Shown: positions 47,752-57,413, counted from the stretch's first letter. The stretch: 64,000 nt of DNA from Candidatus Woesearchaeota archaeon (GCA_964622835.1 CAZUSA010000001.1:159468-223467), one strand, 5' to 3'. The notes: generated by a model not told the origin, from the sequence alone. Numbers and translations are program-made.

Positions 47752-47833
47752 CTCAAAACCATGATACTAAACCCAATCGTCCACCATATTTAAAGATTTC
47801 TACACTTGACAAAAGGCTTTTATAGCTTCTAGG

Positions 47834-48532
47834 ATGCAACGCATAATGCGTAGACAACTAAAGAGGGTTATTCTGTTAGTTTTCCTAACTTGTGTACTTC
47901 TCCTACCAATCGTAAGTGCAGAAACAACAATCCAAGGAACAGTATATGATATGTTTCTTAATGAAATTGACAAAGCAGTGATTACTATTACTACAGAACC
48001 AATACAAACAGTTGTTTCTACGAATGGAGAATATAGTCTACGTGTTCCTCAAGGAACCTATACAATAACTGCAATGTATGAAACCCCAAGTGAACAGTAC
48101 ACCGTCGAAGAACCACTCACTATAACAAGTGATGGTGTCTTTACTATTGATTTAATTCTTGCACCAACACTAGATGACTTTGATGAATTGACAACAGAAA
48201 GTGAAGAGTTTATGTTGGAAGAACCTGAATCTTCAAAGACAGGTCTTATAGCAACAATCATTGTTTTATTCTTAATTCTCCTATACTTACGCATGGCAAA
48301 AAAGCATTTTGTAAACAATGACGATCTCAAAAGTGAAGCAGATGAATTATTAGAAAAGGTTTATAGGTTCATTAAAGAAGAAGGTGGACGGACAACACAG
48401 AAAGATATAAGAAAACAATTCCCTTCAAGTGAAGCAAAAGTGTCTTTAATGATCACCGAATTAGAAGAACAGGGAAGAGTAAAGAAGATAAAGAAAGGAA
48501 GAGGAAATATTATCATTATTACAGGAAAGTAA
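47834..48532 (+). CDS. Membrane-anchored winged-helix regulator with extracellular CarboxypepD_reg-like domain
   Basis: Signal/TM, then beta-rich domain (TIQGTVYD...GEYSLRVPQGTYTITA). TM at IATIIVLFLILLYL. C-terminal wHTH-like region (LLEKVYRFIKEEGGRTTQKDIRKQFPSSEAKVSLMITELEEQGRVKKIKKGRG). Confidence 0.5.
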   Translation: MQRIMRRQLKRVILLVFLTCVLLLPIVSAETTIQGTVYDMFLNEIDKAVITITTEPIQTVVSTNGEYSLRVPQGTYTITAMYETPSEQYTVEEPLTITSDGVFTIDLILAPTLDDFDELTTESEEFMLEEPESSKTGLIATIIVLFLILLYLRMAKKHFVNNDDLKSEADELLEKVYRFIKEEGGRTTQKDIRKQFPSSEAKVSLMITELEEQGRVKKIKKGRGNIIIITGK

Positions 48533-48536
48533 GACT

Positions 48537-49037
48537 ATGGGGAAAGAATCTAAGAATCCAGTATACGTACATGGGAGCAAGAGAGAGTATGTTACCATTA
48601 AACATAGTGGGACTTTTGATATGGATGGTTTATTGAATGGTATGACAGGATATTTAAAAAATTTGAGATATGATATTGGACAAAAAGAGCATACTGAATC
48701 TGTTCGTTCTGATGGAAAGGAAACAAAATTAATATGGCGATGTTTTCGTGAAGTTACAGAATATATTAAATATTACCTAGAAATAACGATTATAATATTA
48801 CATCAAGTTGATGTTATTGTTGATGGAAAGACAATGCAAACAGGCGATGTTGAAATTAGACTGATGTCAAGAATGGAAAAAAATTGGAAAGAAAGTTTTA
48901 ACAAAACACCTGTAGGAAAAACACAACGTCATGTGTATGAAAAAGTTGTTGCAAAGGAAAAATTAGGTGACAGTGAAGAACGGTTAGAAGGTGAAGGAAA
49001 TGGTCTTCTTGCAGTAGCAAAGGAGTATTTACATTAA
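48537..49037 (+). CDS. Hypothetical protein
   Basis: 166 aa, no recognised motif. Forms a tandem pair with the next ORF. Confidence 0.4.
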   Translation: MGKESKNPVYVHGSKREYVTIKHSGTFDMDGLLNGMTGYLKNLRYDIGQKEHTESVRSDGKETKLIWRCFREVTEYIKYYLEITIIILHQVDVIVDGKTMQTGDVEIRLMSRMEKNWKESFNKTPVGKTQRHVYEKVVAKEKLGDSEERLEGEGNGLLAVAKEYLH

Positions 49038-49039
49038 CA

Positions 49040-49537
49040 ATGGCATACGTTGATTTTTTAGAACGAGGAATACGTATGAGCCACAAAGGAAGATTTAACT
49101 TCAAAGGGATCTACAAGGAAATAACCCGTTGGGCACGGCAACATCATTATGATGATATTGTTGAATTAAATTATCAAACATCAAAAGGTAAAGATGGCAT
49201 GGATGTTCTCATTCAATTGGATATTTACAAGAAAGTTTCAGATTATGCAAAGATTGGTATGGAATTAGATTTATCTGGCAGAGGTATTAAAGATGTCAAA
49301 GTCAATAATAAGTTTCTTCAAGAAGGATCCATTAATGTGAGTATTAATACTTACATCAAACGCGATTATGAAGACACCTGGAGTCGTAAACATTTTACAC
49401 GATTTTGGCGAGAATTTTATGATAAATTTATTGGCAATAGTGGCTTCGATATAAAGGAAAAAGAGATCAAAAAAGACGTTATTAACCTAAAAAACGCCTT
49501 AAAAGACTATTTTAAGACCCCTACGAACAAAAAGTAA
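49040..49537 (+). CDS. Hypothetical protein (possible paralog of the preceding ORF)
   Basis: 165 aa. Similar size and composition, 2-nt intergenic gap. Confidence 0.4.
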   Translation: MAYVDFLERGIRMSHKGRFNFKGIYKEITRWARQHHYDDIVELNYQTSKGKDGMDVLIQLDIYKKVSDYAKIGMELDLSGRGIKDVKVNNKFLQEGSINVSINTYIKRDYEDTWSRKHFTRFWREFYDKFIGNSGFDIKEKEIKKDVINLKNALKDYFKTPTNKK

Positions 49538-49843
49538 AGTATATAAGGGGCCAGGGAAGCTTGGTATATGAATCGCCCACTTCAGAATCACCCAATGGAG
49601 TACGATAACAATCAAGCAATGAAGCTTGGGAGTTAGCTGTGGGCTATATCATAATCACAACATAACGCATATGTTCATCAAAAAAATACGATAGAACCTG
49701 TCAAGGTAAAAAAATTATCACATTCATTGGTCATGATGACCGGAGAAAGAGTCCCCTTATGAAGGAAGGACTGACAGTAGCGCAAAGCCAACATCGTATT
49801 CTAGAAAACATTTGATGCAACAAAAGCGCGCTGGAGGCGCAAA

Positions 49844-51211
49844 ATGGGAAAAATTAGTTTAGTATCAGCGAAATACATCATCCATGCTTCAATTGAAGTT
49901 GACGGTGTTGTAGATAGACCGGACATTATTGGATCAGTTTTCGGACAGACAGAAGGTTTACTTGGTAACGAGTTAGAACTTCGTGAATTACAAAGTTCTG
50001 GTCGTATTGGTCGCATCGAAGTTGAAACAACGATGAAAGACGGTAAGACAAGTGGACAAATTAACATTCCAAGTTCTATGGATAAAACAGAAACAGCATT
50101 AATTGCTGCAGCTGTTGAAACTATTCAACGTATTGGTCCATGTAATGCAAAAGTTAAAGTTACTGGTTTAGAAGATGTACGTGCTGCAAAACGAAGTCAA
50201 GTAATTGATCGTGCACAAGCATTGTTAAGTAATTTAACACATGGTACATTACCGGATTCACGGGATATTAAAGAAAAAGTTTCAAATGCTGTACGTGTTG
50301 CAGATATTGTAACCTATGGTAGAGAAAAGTTACCGGCAGGTCCAGATATTGACAGTAACGATGAAGTACTCGTTGTTGAAGGCCGTGCGGATGTTATTAA
50401 CTTATTGAAGTATGATATCAAAAATGCTGTTGCTATGAACGGTACATCTGTTCCAAAGACAATTGTTGATTTAGCAAAGAAGAAAGATATTACGGTGTTC
50501 CTTGATGGTGATCGTGGTGGAGATCTTATTGTTAGAGAGTTATCTTCAATGGGTGCAGAAGTAAAACATGTTGCTCGCGCTCCTGATGGTAAGGAAGTTG
50601 AAGAAATTACCCATAAGGAAATTCATCAATCGTTACGAAGTAAGATTACGTTTGAAGAAGCGATGGATCGTATTCAACGTGGTGGCTCAAAAACAAGAGC
50701 ACGTACACCTCGAAGCACAAGTACAAGTCGTCCTGAACGAAGTGCTCCTGTTCGCAGAGAGCAGTCTGATGATCGCCGTAGTTCGTTTAAAGGACGTGAT
50801 GATAGACGCGGTTCATTTAAAGGACGCGATGATAGACGCAGTTCATTTAGAAGTAGAGAACCAAGAAGTTTCAATGATAGACCGAGCTTTAGTGATCGTC
50901 CGCTACGTATGCCACCGGCACAACGAGAACGATTCATTAAGTATCTTGACGAGTTAAACGGTTCAAAAGAAGCATATCTTCTTGATGGTCGTGGAAACGT
51001 CTTAGGAAAAGTTCCAGCAAAAGAAGTTGGTGGTACTATTCAAGATCTTGGAAAATCAGCACATACTATTGTAACAGATGGTTCTTTAACAAAAGAGCTC
51101 TTAGATGTTGCAGAATCATGTAGGGTGAAGTTCTTAGTAGGAACAAAGTCCTATTTGAAGGATGTGCGAACAAGAGTAAAGGTTTTAACGAAGAAAGAAC
51201 TTAAAGATTAG
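49844..51211 (+). CDS. dnaG: Archaeal DnaG-like Toprim protein with internal Arg/Ser/Asp tandem repeats
   Basis: Toprim motifs VVEGRADV and DGDRGGD. aa 285-370 low-complexity, with three 11-aa repeats DDRRSSFKGRD encoded by 33-nt DNA repeats. Confidence 0.75.
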   Translation: MGKISLVSAKYIIHASIEVDGVVDRPDIIGSVFGQTEGLLGNELELRELQSSGRIGRIEVETTMKDGKTSGQINIPSSMDKTETALIAAAVETIQRIGPCNAKVKVTGLEDVRAAKRSQVIDRAQALLSNLTHGTLPDSRDIKEKVSNAVRVADIVTYGREKLPAGPDIDSNDEVLVVEGRADVINLLKYDIKNAVAMNGTSVPKTIVDLAKKKDITVFLDGDRGGDLIVRELSSMGAEVKHVARAPDGKEVEEITHKEIHQSLRSKITFEEAMDRIQRGGSKTRARTPRSTSTSRPERSAPVRREQSDDRRSSFKGRDDRRGSFKGRDDRRSSFRSREPRSFNDRPSFSDRPLRMPPAQRERFIKYLDELNGSKEAYLLDGRGNVLGKVPAKEVGGTIQDLGKSAHTIVTDGSLTKELLDVAESCRVKFLVGTKSYLKDVRTRVKVLTKKELKD

Positions 51212-51221
51212 AGGTGATCGA

Positions 51222-51725
51222 TTGGTTGAGTATGCAAGCAAGATAAAGCTCAAACGAAGTGCGCAGATAGTCACACTTGTGGTGATTATCAGTGCATTAT
51301 TTTTAGGTTCTTATTATACTGGTCTTACGCGTGAATTTTGTGGGAAAGATCAAGTATGTTTTGAAGAAAAGGCTGCAACGTGTAGTCCTGCTGAAGTGTA
51401 TATTTCTCGTGAGAACAATGTGTATTCCTATGTGATGCATCCTACGTTGCGTAATAAGTGTCAAATTACTATTACGTTTGAACGTGCACAGGAAGGAACG
51501 GCACAAGAGCATGTAGAATTTTTAGAAGGGAAAGAAATGACCTGTATTATTCCAAAAGGTGATATGCGTTCGTTAGATGTTATTCAAATGGATCAAGTGA
51601 TGGAATATTGTCATGGTCCCTTAAAAGAAGGGTTGTATGAATTAATTGTTAAACGTATGTATGAAGTTGTTGTTGCAAATTTAGGCAGTATCGTTGAAGA
51701 AGTTGAACGAGTGATGAAAGTATAA
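51222..51725 (+). CDS. Hypothetical membrane-anchored protein
   Basis: 167 aa. N-terminal TM, Cys-containing domain. Confidence 0.4.
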   Translation: MVEYASKIKLKRSAQIVTLVVIISALFLGSYYTGLTREFCGKDQVCFEEKAATCSPAEVYISRENNVYSYVMHPTLRNKCQITITFERAQEGTAQEHVEFLEGKEMTCIIPKGDMRSLDVIQMDQVMEYCHGPLKEGLYELIVKRMYEVVVANLGSIVEEVERVMKV

Positions 51726-51734
51726 ATGCAGAAA

Positions 51735-51990
51735 CCAGAGGGTGGAATCACTCACCAATACGGGGGAACCCCATACTTTCCTCCACTTCGTTACCCCAAA
51801 AGCGCCAATGACAATGATTAAGGCTGCTCCGATCAAGGCCTGACCTGATTCTCAAGACCAACGGCCAATTGGGACAAAGTTTCGCAGTACGGTATGAGAC
51901 CCGCACCAAGAGAGTAATCCTCCCCTCTGCCTCAGCCCCACCCTAAAGCCAATTTGTGGTAACAAGGCACGACTAATGCCCCGGCCTATT
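51735..51990 (-). ncRNA. Candidate signal recognition particle RNA (7S/SRP RNA)
   Basis: GC-rich 350-nt intergenic island in an AT-rich genome. Minus strand has CAGGTCAGGCC...GGAGCAGCC (51830-51855), close to the helix-8 SRP54-binding consensus GGUCAGG...GGAAGCAGCC. The 5' GGGTGGGGCTGAGGCAGAGGG (51919-51943) pairs with the 3' CCAGAGGGTGG (51735-51745), like closing helix 5. Confidence 0.4.
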
Positions 51991-52075
51991 CTGCAAGTTT
52001 CTAAGAGAAAGTGTGGTATTTAAACTATGTGATAGCTAAGAAATATTTAAATAGAAATAGATAGAAAGAAAAACT

Positions 52076-52804
52076 ATGGCAAGAGAGGAAAAGAGGTTTT
52101 TGAGAGATTTTCTTAGAACACGAAAACAAATACGATCTTTGTGTGCACTTATTCTTGCTGCTGTTCTAGCTGGATGCACTGCTGCAGAAAAAGCAAAAAA
52201 AGTACCACCTCCAGGAGATTTTGACCAACTTATTCAAAAATTAACAGCAGTTAATGAAGGAATTGAAAATATGTTTGGGGGTGGTGGGCTCACAGCAGTT
52301 TATGATACAGTAAGAGATATTACTACAACATTAGAGGGGTATTTGTCCAATGCAGAAAACGCCATAAGAACAATTGATAATGAAGGGCTCCAAGATAGTA
52401 GAAGTTATGAATATGAAAATTTAGGATCACGCCATTTAGAAAAGGCACAAATTGAATTAAAAAAATTACAACAACTTGTGGGAAAACTCCCAAAAGGATA
52501 TGGCAAGGAGTATAGCAACAAATTAATTAATTTTAGGGGCGTTCTAGAAGTTCTGACTGCTGAAATGACACTACTAAGTGCAACAAATACTGCAAGGTTT
52601 ATTGTAAGATTAGCAGCATCAAGCGCAGCAGATGGGTCACTAAATAGTAAACTCATTCAGGCTTTTAATACACGTTTAGAAGAAGTAAAACAGCAAGTAA
52701 AAGAGTCTCGTCTTGGAAAAGGAAGAGCATTGAAAAAACATGGGCGTGCTTTTAGTGATGCCCTTGCAGAATATGATACAATCATCGCTGAAGCTGGTTT
52801 TTAG
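52076..52804 (+). CDS. Hypothetical lipoprotein-like coiled-coil protein
   Basis: Signal with lipobox LAGC. Rest predicted helical. Confidence 0.45.
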   Translation: MAREEKRFLRDFLRTRKQIRSLCALILAAVLAGCTAAEKAKKVPPPGDFDQLIQKLTAVNEGIENMFGGGGLTAVYDTVRDITTTLEGYLSNAENAIRTIDNEGLQDSRSYEYENLGSRHLEKAQIELKKLQQLVGKLPKGYGKEYSNKLINFRGVLEVLTAEMTLLSATNTARFIVRLAASSAADGSLNSKLIQAFNTRLEEVKQQVKESRLGKGRALKKHGRAFSDALAEYDTIIAEAGF

Positions 52805-52810
52805 AGGTTC

Positions 52811-54547
52811 TTGAAGTTTTTTAAAGGGCAAAAATATGCAACTTGTATGCCCCTAAACAAGGAACAATTTGCAGAACTAATAGCTCAAAAAGCAGATCCG
52901 AAGATGTCTAAACAGGCGTTTCAAACATTAAAACAACGCGTGGCTCATCAATTAGCATTAACACACGTTCCTAAGAATACTGAAATACTTTTTGCGTTAA
53001 AGAAGAAGGATCGTGAACGCTTACATACATTACTTGTTTCCAAGCCAACGAGAACAATGTCCGGCGTAGCACCAGTTGCTATTATGAGTGCTCCTATTGC
53101 ATGCCCTCCTCAAGCATTATGTACGTATTGTCCTGGTGGTCCAAAGTCTATTTTTGGTGATGTTCCTAAGAGTTATACTGATGGTGCTCCAGCTGTTAAA
53201 AGAGCTATTCGTAATAAGTATGATCCCTATTTGCAGGTGTTTAATCGGTTAGAACATTATCATTTACTAAACCAGTGTCCAACAAAAGTGGAATTGATTG
53301 TTATGGGTGGTACGTTTCCTTCATTTGAAAAAGCATATCGTGATGTGTTTATTGCACGTGCGTTACAAGCGATGAATGATTTTAGTACAATGTTTTACAC
53401 ACAAAAAGGCACATTAGATGAAACAAAGTTTCGTGATTTTTTCTTATTAGATTTATCGTATGCTGATAAAGAACGTGAAAAAATTATTATTAAGCGTATG
53501 GAAGCATTGCGTGATTTAAAAAAACCTACAGTACTTGATGAACAAACAAATAATGAAACGGCACGTATTCGTTGTATTGCATTGGTTATTGAAACACGTC
53601 CTGATTGTGCAACACAAAAAGAGATTGATGAGATGTTGCGATATGGAACAACACGTGCAGAGATTGGTGTACAGAGTTTACGTGATCATGTATTGAAACG
53701 CATTAAGCGCGGTCATGATGTAGCAACAACGATTACAGCTACACAAGAATTACGTGATGCATTATTTAAAATTACGTATCATATGATGGTCGGTCTTCCT
53801 GAAACAACGAAAGAAACGGATATTCAAGAAGGAAAACAGTTGTTTGATGATCCACGGTTTCGTCCTGATTCGTTAAAGGTATATCCTTGCATGGTGATGG
53901 CTGGCACTCCGTTATATGAAGAATACAAAAAGAAATTATTCACACCGGTCACAACTGATGAAGCGATGGAACGTATTATTGAGTGGAAAAAAACAATTCC
54001 TGAATATTGCCGTATTATGCGTGTACAGCGCGATTTACCGACATATATGACTGAAGCGGGTGTTGACAAAACTAATTTACGGCAGTTAATGCATAATAAG
54101 AAAATTGTCTGCAGATGTATTCGTTGTCGTGAACCAAAAGAACAAACAGTTGATTTTGATAATGTTACAACGAAAGTAATAACGTATGAAGCATCGGGTG
54201 GTACAGAATGTTTTATTGCAAAAGAAGATGTTACGAATGATTTGTTGTTAGGATATGCTCGTTTGCGTATTCCGTTTAAGCCTGTTCGTAAGGAAATTAC
54301 ATCGACAAGTGCTGGTATTCGTGAGTTACATGTATTTGGCACTGCATTAGATATGCAGAAGAAGCCAACGAAAGAAGTGCAACATCGTGGGCTTGGAAAA
54401 GAACTAATGGAAGAGGCTGAAAAGTTAGCGCGTGAAACGTATGATAAGAAGAAGATGGTTGTTATTGCTGGTTTGGGTGTTCGCGAATATTATAAGAAAC
54501 AATTACAGTATATTCAAGAAGGCCCGTATGTTTCTAAGAAGATTTAA
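52811..54547 (+). CDS. elp3: Elp3-family radical SAM / GNAT tRNA modification enzyme
   Basis: Radical-SAM cluster motif CTYCPGGP. Conserved Elp3 blocks (IMRVQRDLPT, HMMVGLPET). C-terminal acetyltransferase domain. Confidence 0.85.
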   Translation: MKFFKGQKYATCMPLNKEQFAELIAQKADPKMSKQAFQTLKQRVAHQLALTHVPKNTEILFALKKKDRERLHTLLVSKPTRTMSGVAPVAIMSAPIACPPQALCTYCPGGPKSIFGDVPKSYTDGAPAVKRAIRNKYDPYLQVFNRLEHYHLLNQCPTKVELIVMGGTFPSFEKAYRDVFIARALQAMNDFSTMFYTQKGTLDETKFRDFFLLDLSYADKEREKIIIKRMEALRDLKKPTVLDEQTNNETARIRCIALVIETRPDCATQKEIDEMLRYGTTRAEIGVQSLRDHVLKRIKRGHDVATTITATQELRDALFKITYHMMVGLPETTKETDIQEGKQLFDDPRFRPDSLKVYPCMVMAGTPLYEEYKKKLFTPVTTDEAMERIIEWKKTIPEYCRIMRVQRDLPTYMTEAGVDKTNLRQLMHNKKIVCRCIRCREPKEQTVDFDNVTTKVITYEASGGTECFIAKEDVTNDLLLGYARLRIPFKPVRKEITSTSAGIRELHVFGTALDMQKKPTKEVQHRGLGKELMEEAEKLARETYDKKKMVVIAGLGVREYYKKQLQYIQEGPYVSKKI

Positions 54548-57372
54548 CGTTTTCTTACACTATAAAATCCTATTAATATCAAGATTGCTAAGAATAAGCT
54601 CATGAAGTCAAAGACGGATGCTTTTACTGCTGGTTCTAAACTACAGGCAACACTTTGTTGTGGTGCAATGGAACATTGTCCTGTTGCACATTCTTTACAA
54701 CTGCGTGTTTTTGCGTTGTCAATACATTCTGACCATTTACCACATATCCATGATTCACTAACACCAACACATTGTGGTTCTACAACGGTTGGTGCATTTT
54801 TGACACTACATCCAGGTTCAACACAGTTTCCAAAGTCTGCATTACACACTTTACCACCTGCACAGACTGTTGGTGGCGTACTTAATTCATTACAACCATC
54901 ATTGTTATAGTCTCCACAGAATTGTACATTGCCATTCGTTAGACAAATAGATGTTTCTGAAACACAATAGGAAGAACAACTGTCACTAGTCCCATCACCG
55001 TCTATTCCTTCGAGAAGACAGTCAGAACTACAGCCGTCATCATCATCGTTATTACCATCATCACATTGTTCACCTGCTGTATCATCTAAGGTATTATCAC
55101 CACAGTAACCACTTGTTAGACTACTGGTTACTTCAAGCGTAGTACTTGTTGAAACCACTGCACCATCATAAATACCACGTACCATCCAATACGCTGATTC
55201 TGGTGTTGGTCCAGGGTTTGTATTTTCTGCATTCCATGTTGCAGTACCTGTTGAACCACTAATAGAAAGAGGAGATGGTTGTGCACTTGAACTTGTCCCT
55301 TCATTGGCTTCATACACATCAAGAGCAAACGTATATTGATCACAGTCACTATTAGGCAATGTTAGTGTAATAGTCATAACGGTTCCCCTATCAACAGAAC
55401 CATCATCACCAACAGGCGACCAACTAAAGGCTGCTGTTGTAAGTGCTAGTGTACATGCGGAAGGTTCAATAATACCACCATCATCTTTCACTAAACAGGT
55501 ATTGTAATCATTGGAATCAATGTCACAGGCATTTCCACAACTATCACCTTCTGTGCCACTACCATCTTCATTGTCTTGTGTAAGTTCACAGTATTCCACA
55601 AGGATGCCCTCAACAATTTTCCCTGTACAGTCAGCATCTTCTGTACAGACTAAATTATACGCAATAGGATCAAGTGAAGGATCAGGGTTTGATTTTGTTA
55701 CTGCATTAATACAGGTTCCAAGATTATCTCCGTTCGGATGGTTGGGACAATTATCATCATCGTTATTTCCACAAACACCATCTGCACCACACAATGATGT
55801 ACCGTCACCATCCGGGTCTGATACTGCTGGATTGTCACAAATACAATTACTTAAACAAACATCGCCACCACAAGTAGCGTCATCATTACCGTCACATTGT
55901 TCGCCAATATCTTTAACACCGTCACCACAGTAGGGTTCTGGTGGAGGAATATTGTAACAGTTACTAGTGTCAATATGACATGAACCATATGTACTCGTAC
56001 CTTCAAGTGCAGAATCACCAACTTTAAAGCAACGTAATGATCCTGTATCAAAGCCAAAGGTTTCACATGATGTTGCTCCCATAATAACATCACCTTGCGA
56101 AGTGTAGTCACATTGTTCTTGGAGTGCATATTGGTCTCCTTGATCAAGATATCCATTGCCACACCATCCTCCACCACCATATTGGTAAATACATCCAAAA
56201 CTAGTATCAATACGACAGCCACTCGTACAAGTCAACGGTGCTGTACCCGGGGAAGTAGTCATACCATCTAAATCACCAAAGAAATCTTCACAGGTAACAA
56301 TGCCACCCATGTTTGTACCGTCACATTGTTCGCCTGGTTCTATAATACCATTACCACAAACAGATGGGACGGCAGCAGAACAATCACTTGTATCATATTC
56401 ACAGGTTGCTGTACAACTCAGATCTCCTGCGGCAAAGGTATCAATATCAACACAGCTTGCAATGTTTCCAAAGCTCGTACCATCACAGACTTCGCCTGGA
56501 TTTAAGGTGTCATCACCACAGGTTCCAGCATCGGCAACGCCGGGTATAAGAGCACCACTACAATCGGAAGTGTCAATACCACATGCATTCGTACAGGCAA
56601 GTATTCCTGTGGTAAAGCCAAAGTCTCCACAACCATTTATTTTACCGAAGTTTGCACCGTCACATAATTCTCCAGGATCAAGGTTGCCATCGTTGTTACA
56701 TTGTGCACTTTGTTCGACGGATTGACAACAAAGATTGTTTGCAAAGATGTCACATTCAGAAGTATGTGCATTATAGGTACTATCTCCTGCTCCTTCAAAG
56801 GAAAAGAGACATTCAAATCCTGTACCAAGACCATCACAACTTCCTTGAAGGGTTTGACAAGCAATGTTGTCATAACAAACAGGAACATATAAACTTGGAT
56901 CGGGTAGATTTGCTGATACAGTTTCAGGTGCGTAATAATGTGCATCACTTACGGTACCATTGACAGGAGGTAAACCATTGGAAACATAGCCAACTAAGTT
57001 ACTCATATCAGATAAACAGGTTCGTGTTGGTGCAACTGTTGTTAGTGCGGAGGATACTTCTATACAATAAGGAAGAGAATCAGGACCATAGGGTGAATAA
57101 AATGATTCTTCAGCATCGACGGTAATAACATGAGAGTTTGTTGCAGCAATAACGCCATCAACAAGAGAACCGTACATGCCAAGAACAGCATTGTCATTGA
57201 AGGATGCACAGCTTGAACTTGATATTGGTACAACAACGGCTCCGGTAATAAGTGATGAAGAACTGGATGGAACAATGACGTCGGCAACGCCTAGGTCATA
57301 CATATGAAACGCAAGAAAGGATGCAAATAAAATTAAAAATGCTGGAAATAGTACAGAATGTTCATGATTCAT
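54544..57372 (-). CDS. Giant Cys-rich repeat surface protein, paralog of 35313-38111, with C-terminal TM anchor
   Basis: 942 aa. N-terminal signal/TM. Repeats CGNGIIEPGEQCDGTNMG, CGDGVKDIGEQCDGNDDATCGGDVC, CGDNTLDDTAGEQCDDGNNDDDDGCSSDC. Segment NPDPSLDPIAYNLVCTEDADCTGK...GDSCGNACDIDSNDYNTC is homologous to the other giant. C-terminus FLAILILIGFYSVRKR. Confidence 0.7.
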   Translation of the reverse strand: MNHEHSVLFPAFLILFASFLAFHMYDLGVADVIVPSSSSSLITGAVVVPISSSSCASFNDNAVLGMYGSLVDGVIAATNSHVITVDAEESFYSPYGPDSLPYCIEVSSALTTVAPTRTCLSDMSNLVGYVSNGLPPVNGTVSDAHYYAPETVSANLPDPSLYVPVCYDNIACQTLQGSCDGLGTGFECLFSFEGAGDSTYNAHTSECDIFANNLCCQSVEQSAQCNNDGNLDPGELCDGANFGKINGCGDFGFTTGILACTNACGIDTSDCSGALIPGVADAGTCGDDTLNPGEVCDGTSFGNIASCVDIDTFAAGDLSCTATCEYDTSDCSAAVPSVCGNGIIEPGEQCDGTNMGGIVTCEDFFGDLDGMTTSPGTAPLTCTSGCRIDTSFGCIYQYGGGGWCGNGYLDQGDQYALQEQCDYTSQGDVIMGATSCETFGFDTGSLRCFKVGDSALEGTSTYGSCHIDTSNCYNIPPPEPYCGDGVKDIGEQCDGNDDATCGGDVCLSNCICDNPAVSDPDGDGTSLCGADGVCGNNDDDNCPNHPNGDNLGTCINAVTKSNPDPSLDPIAYNLVCTEDADCTGKIVEGILVEYCELTQDNEDGSGTEGDSCGNACDIDSNDYNTCLVKDDGGIIEPSACTLALTTAAFSWSPVGDDGSVDRGTVMTITLTLPNSDCDQYTFALDVYEANEGTSSSAQPSPLSISGSTGTATWNAENTNPGPTPESAYWMVRGIYDGAVVSTSTTLEVTSSLTSGYCGDNTLDDTAGEQCDDGNNDDDDGCSSDCLLEGIDGDGTSDSCSSYCVSETSICLTNGNVQFCGDYNNDGCNELSTPPTVCAGGKVCNADFGNCVEPGCSVKNAPTVVEPQCVGVSESWICGKWSECIDNAKTRSCKECATGQCSIAPQQSVACSLEPAVKASVFDFMSLFLAILILIGFYSVRKR

Positions 57373-57413
57373 GAAAATGAGCCCCTTTTATGCTTGTATA
57401 ATACACATAAATC

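Noticed and set aside
49545-49840. Possible RNase P RNA upstream of dnaG (GGAGAAAGAGTCC, ACAGTAGCGCAAAGCC)
   Set aside because: The required 3' P4 strand would fall inside the confident dnaG CDS. Only a short hairpin or palindrome can be supported.
51735-52060. Alternative reading of the GC-rich island as RNase P RNA (GGAGGAAAGT / GGTGCGG fragments)
   Set aside because: P4-like strings are partial and not paired with a matching downstream ACAGAAnCCGGCUUA partner. The SRP helix-8 motif match is more specific. Left as SRP RNA candidate with low confidence.
54602-56963. Plus-strand ORFs (54602-54910, 55511-55933, 56300-56725, 56652-56963) inside the second giant gene
   Set aside because: Same reason: antisense shadows of the 942-aa minus-strand CDS.
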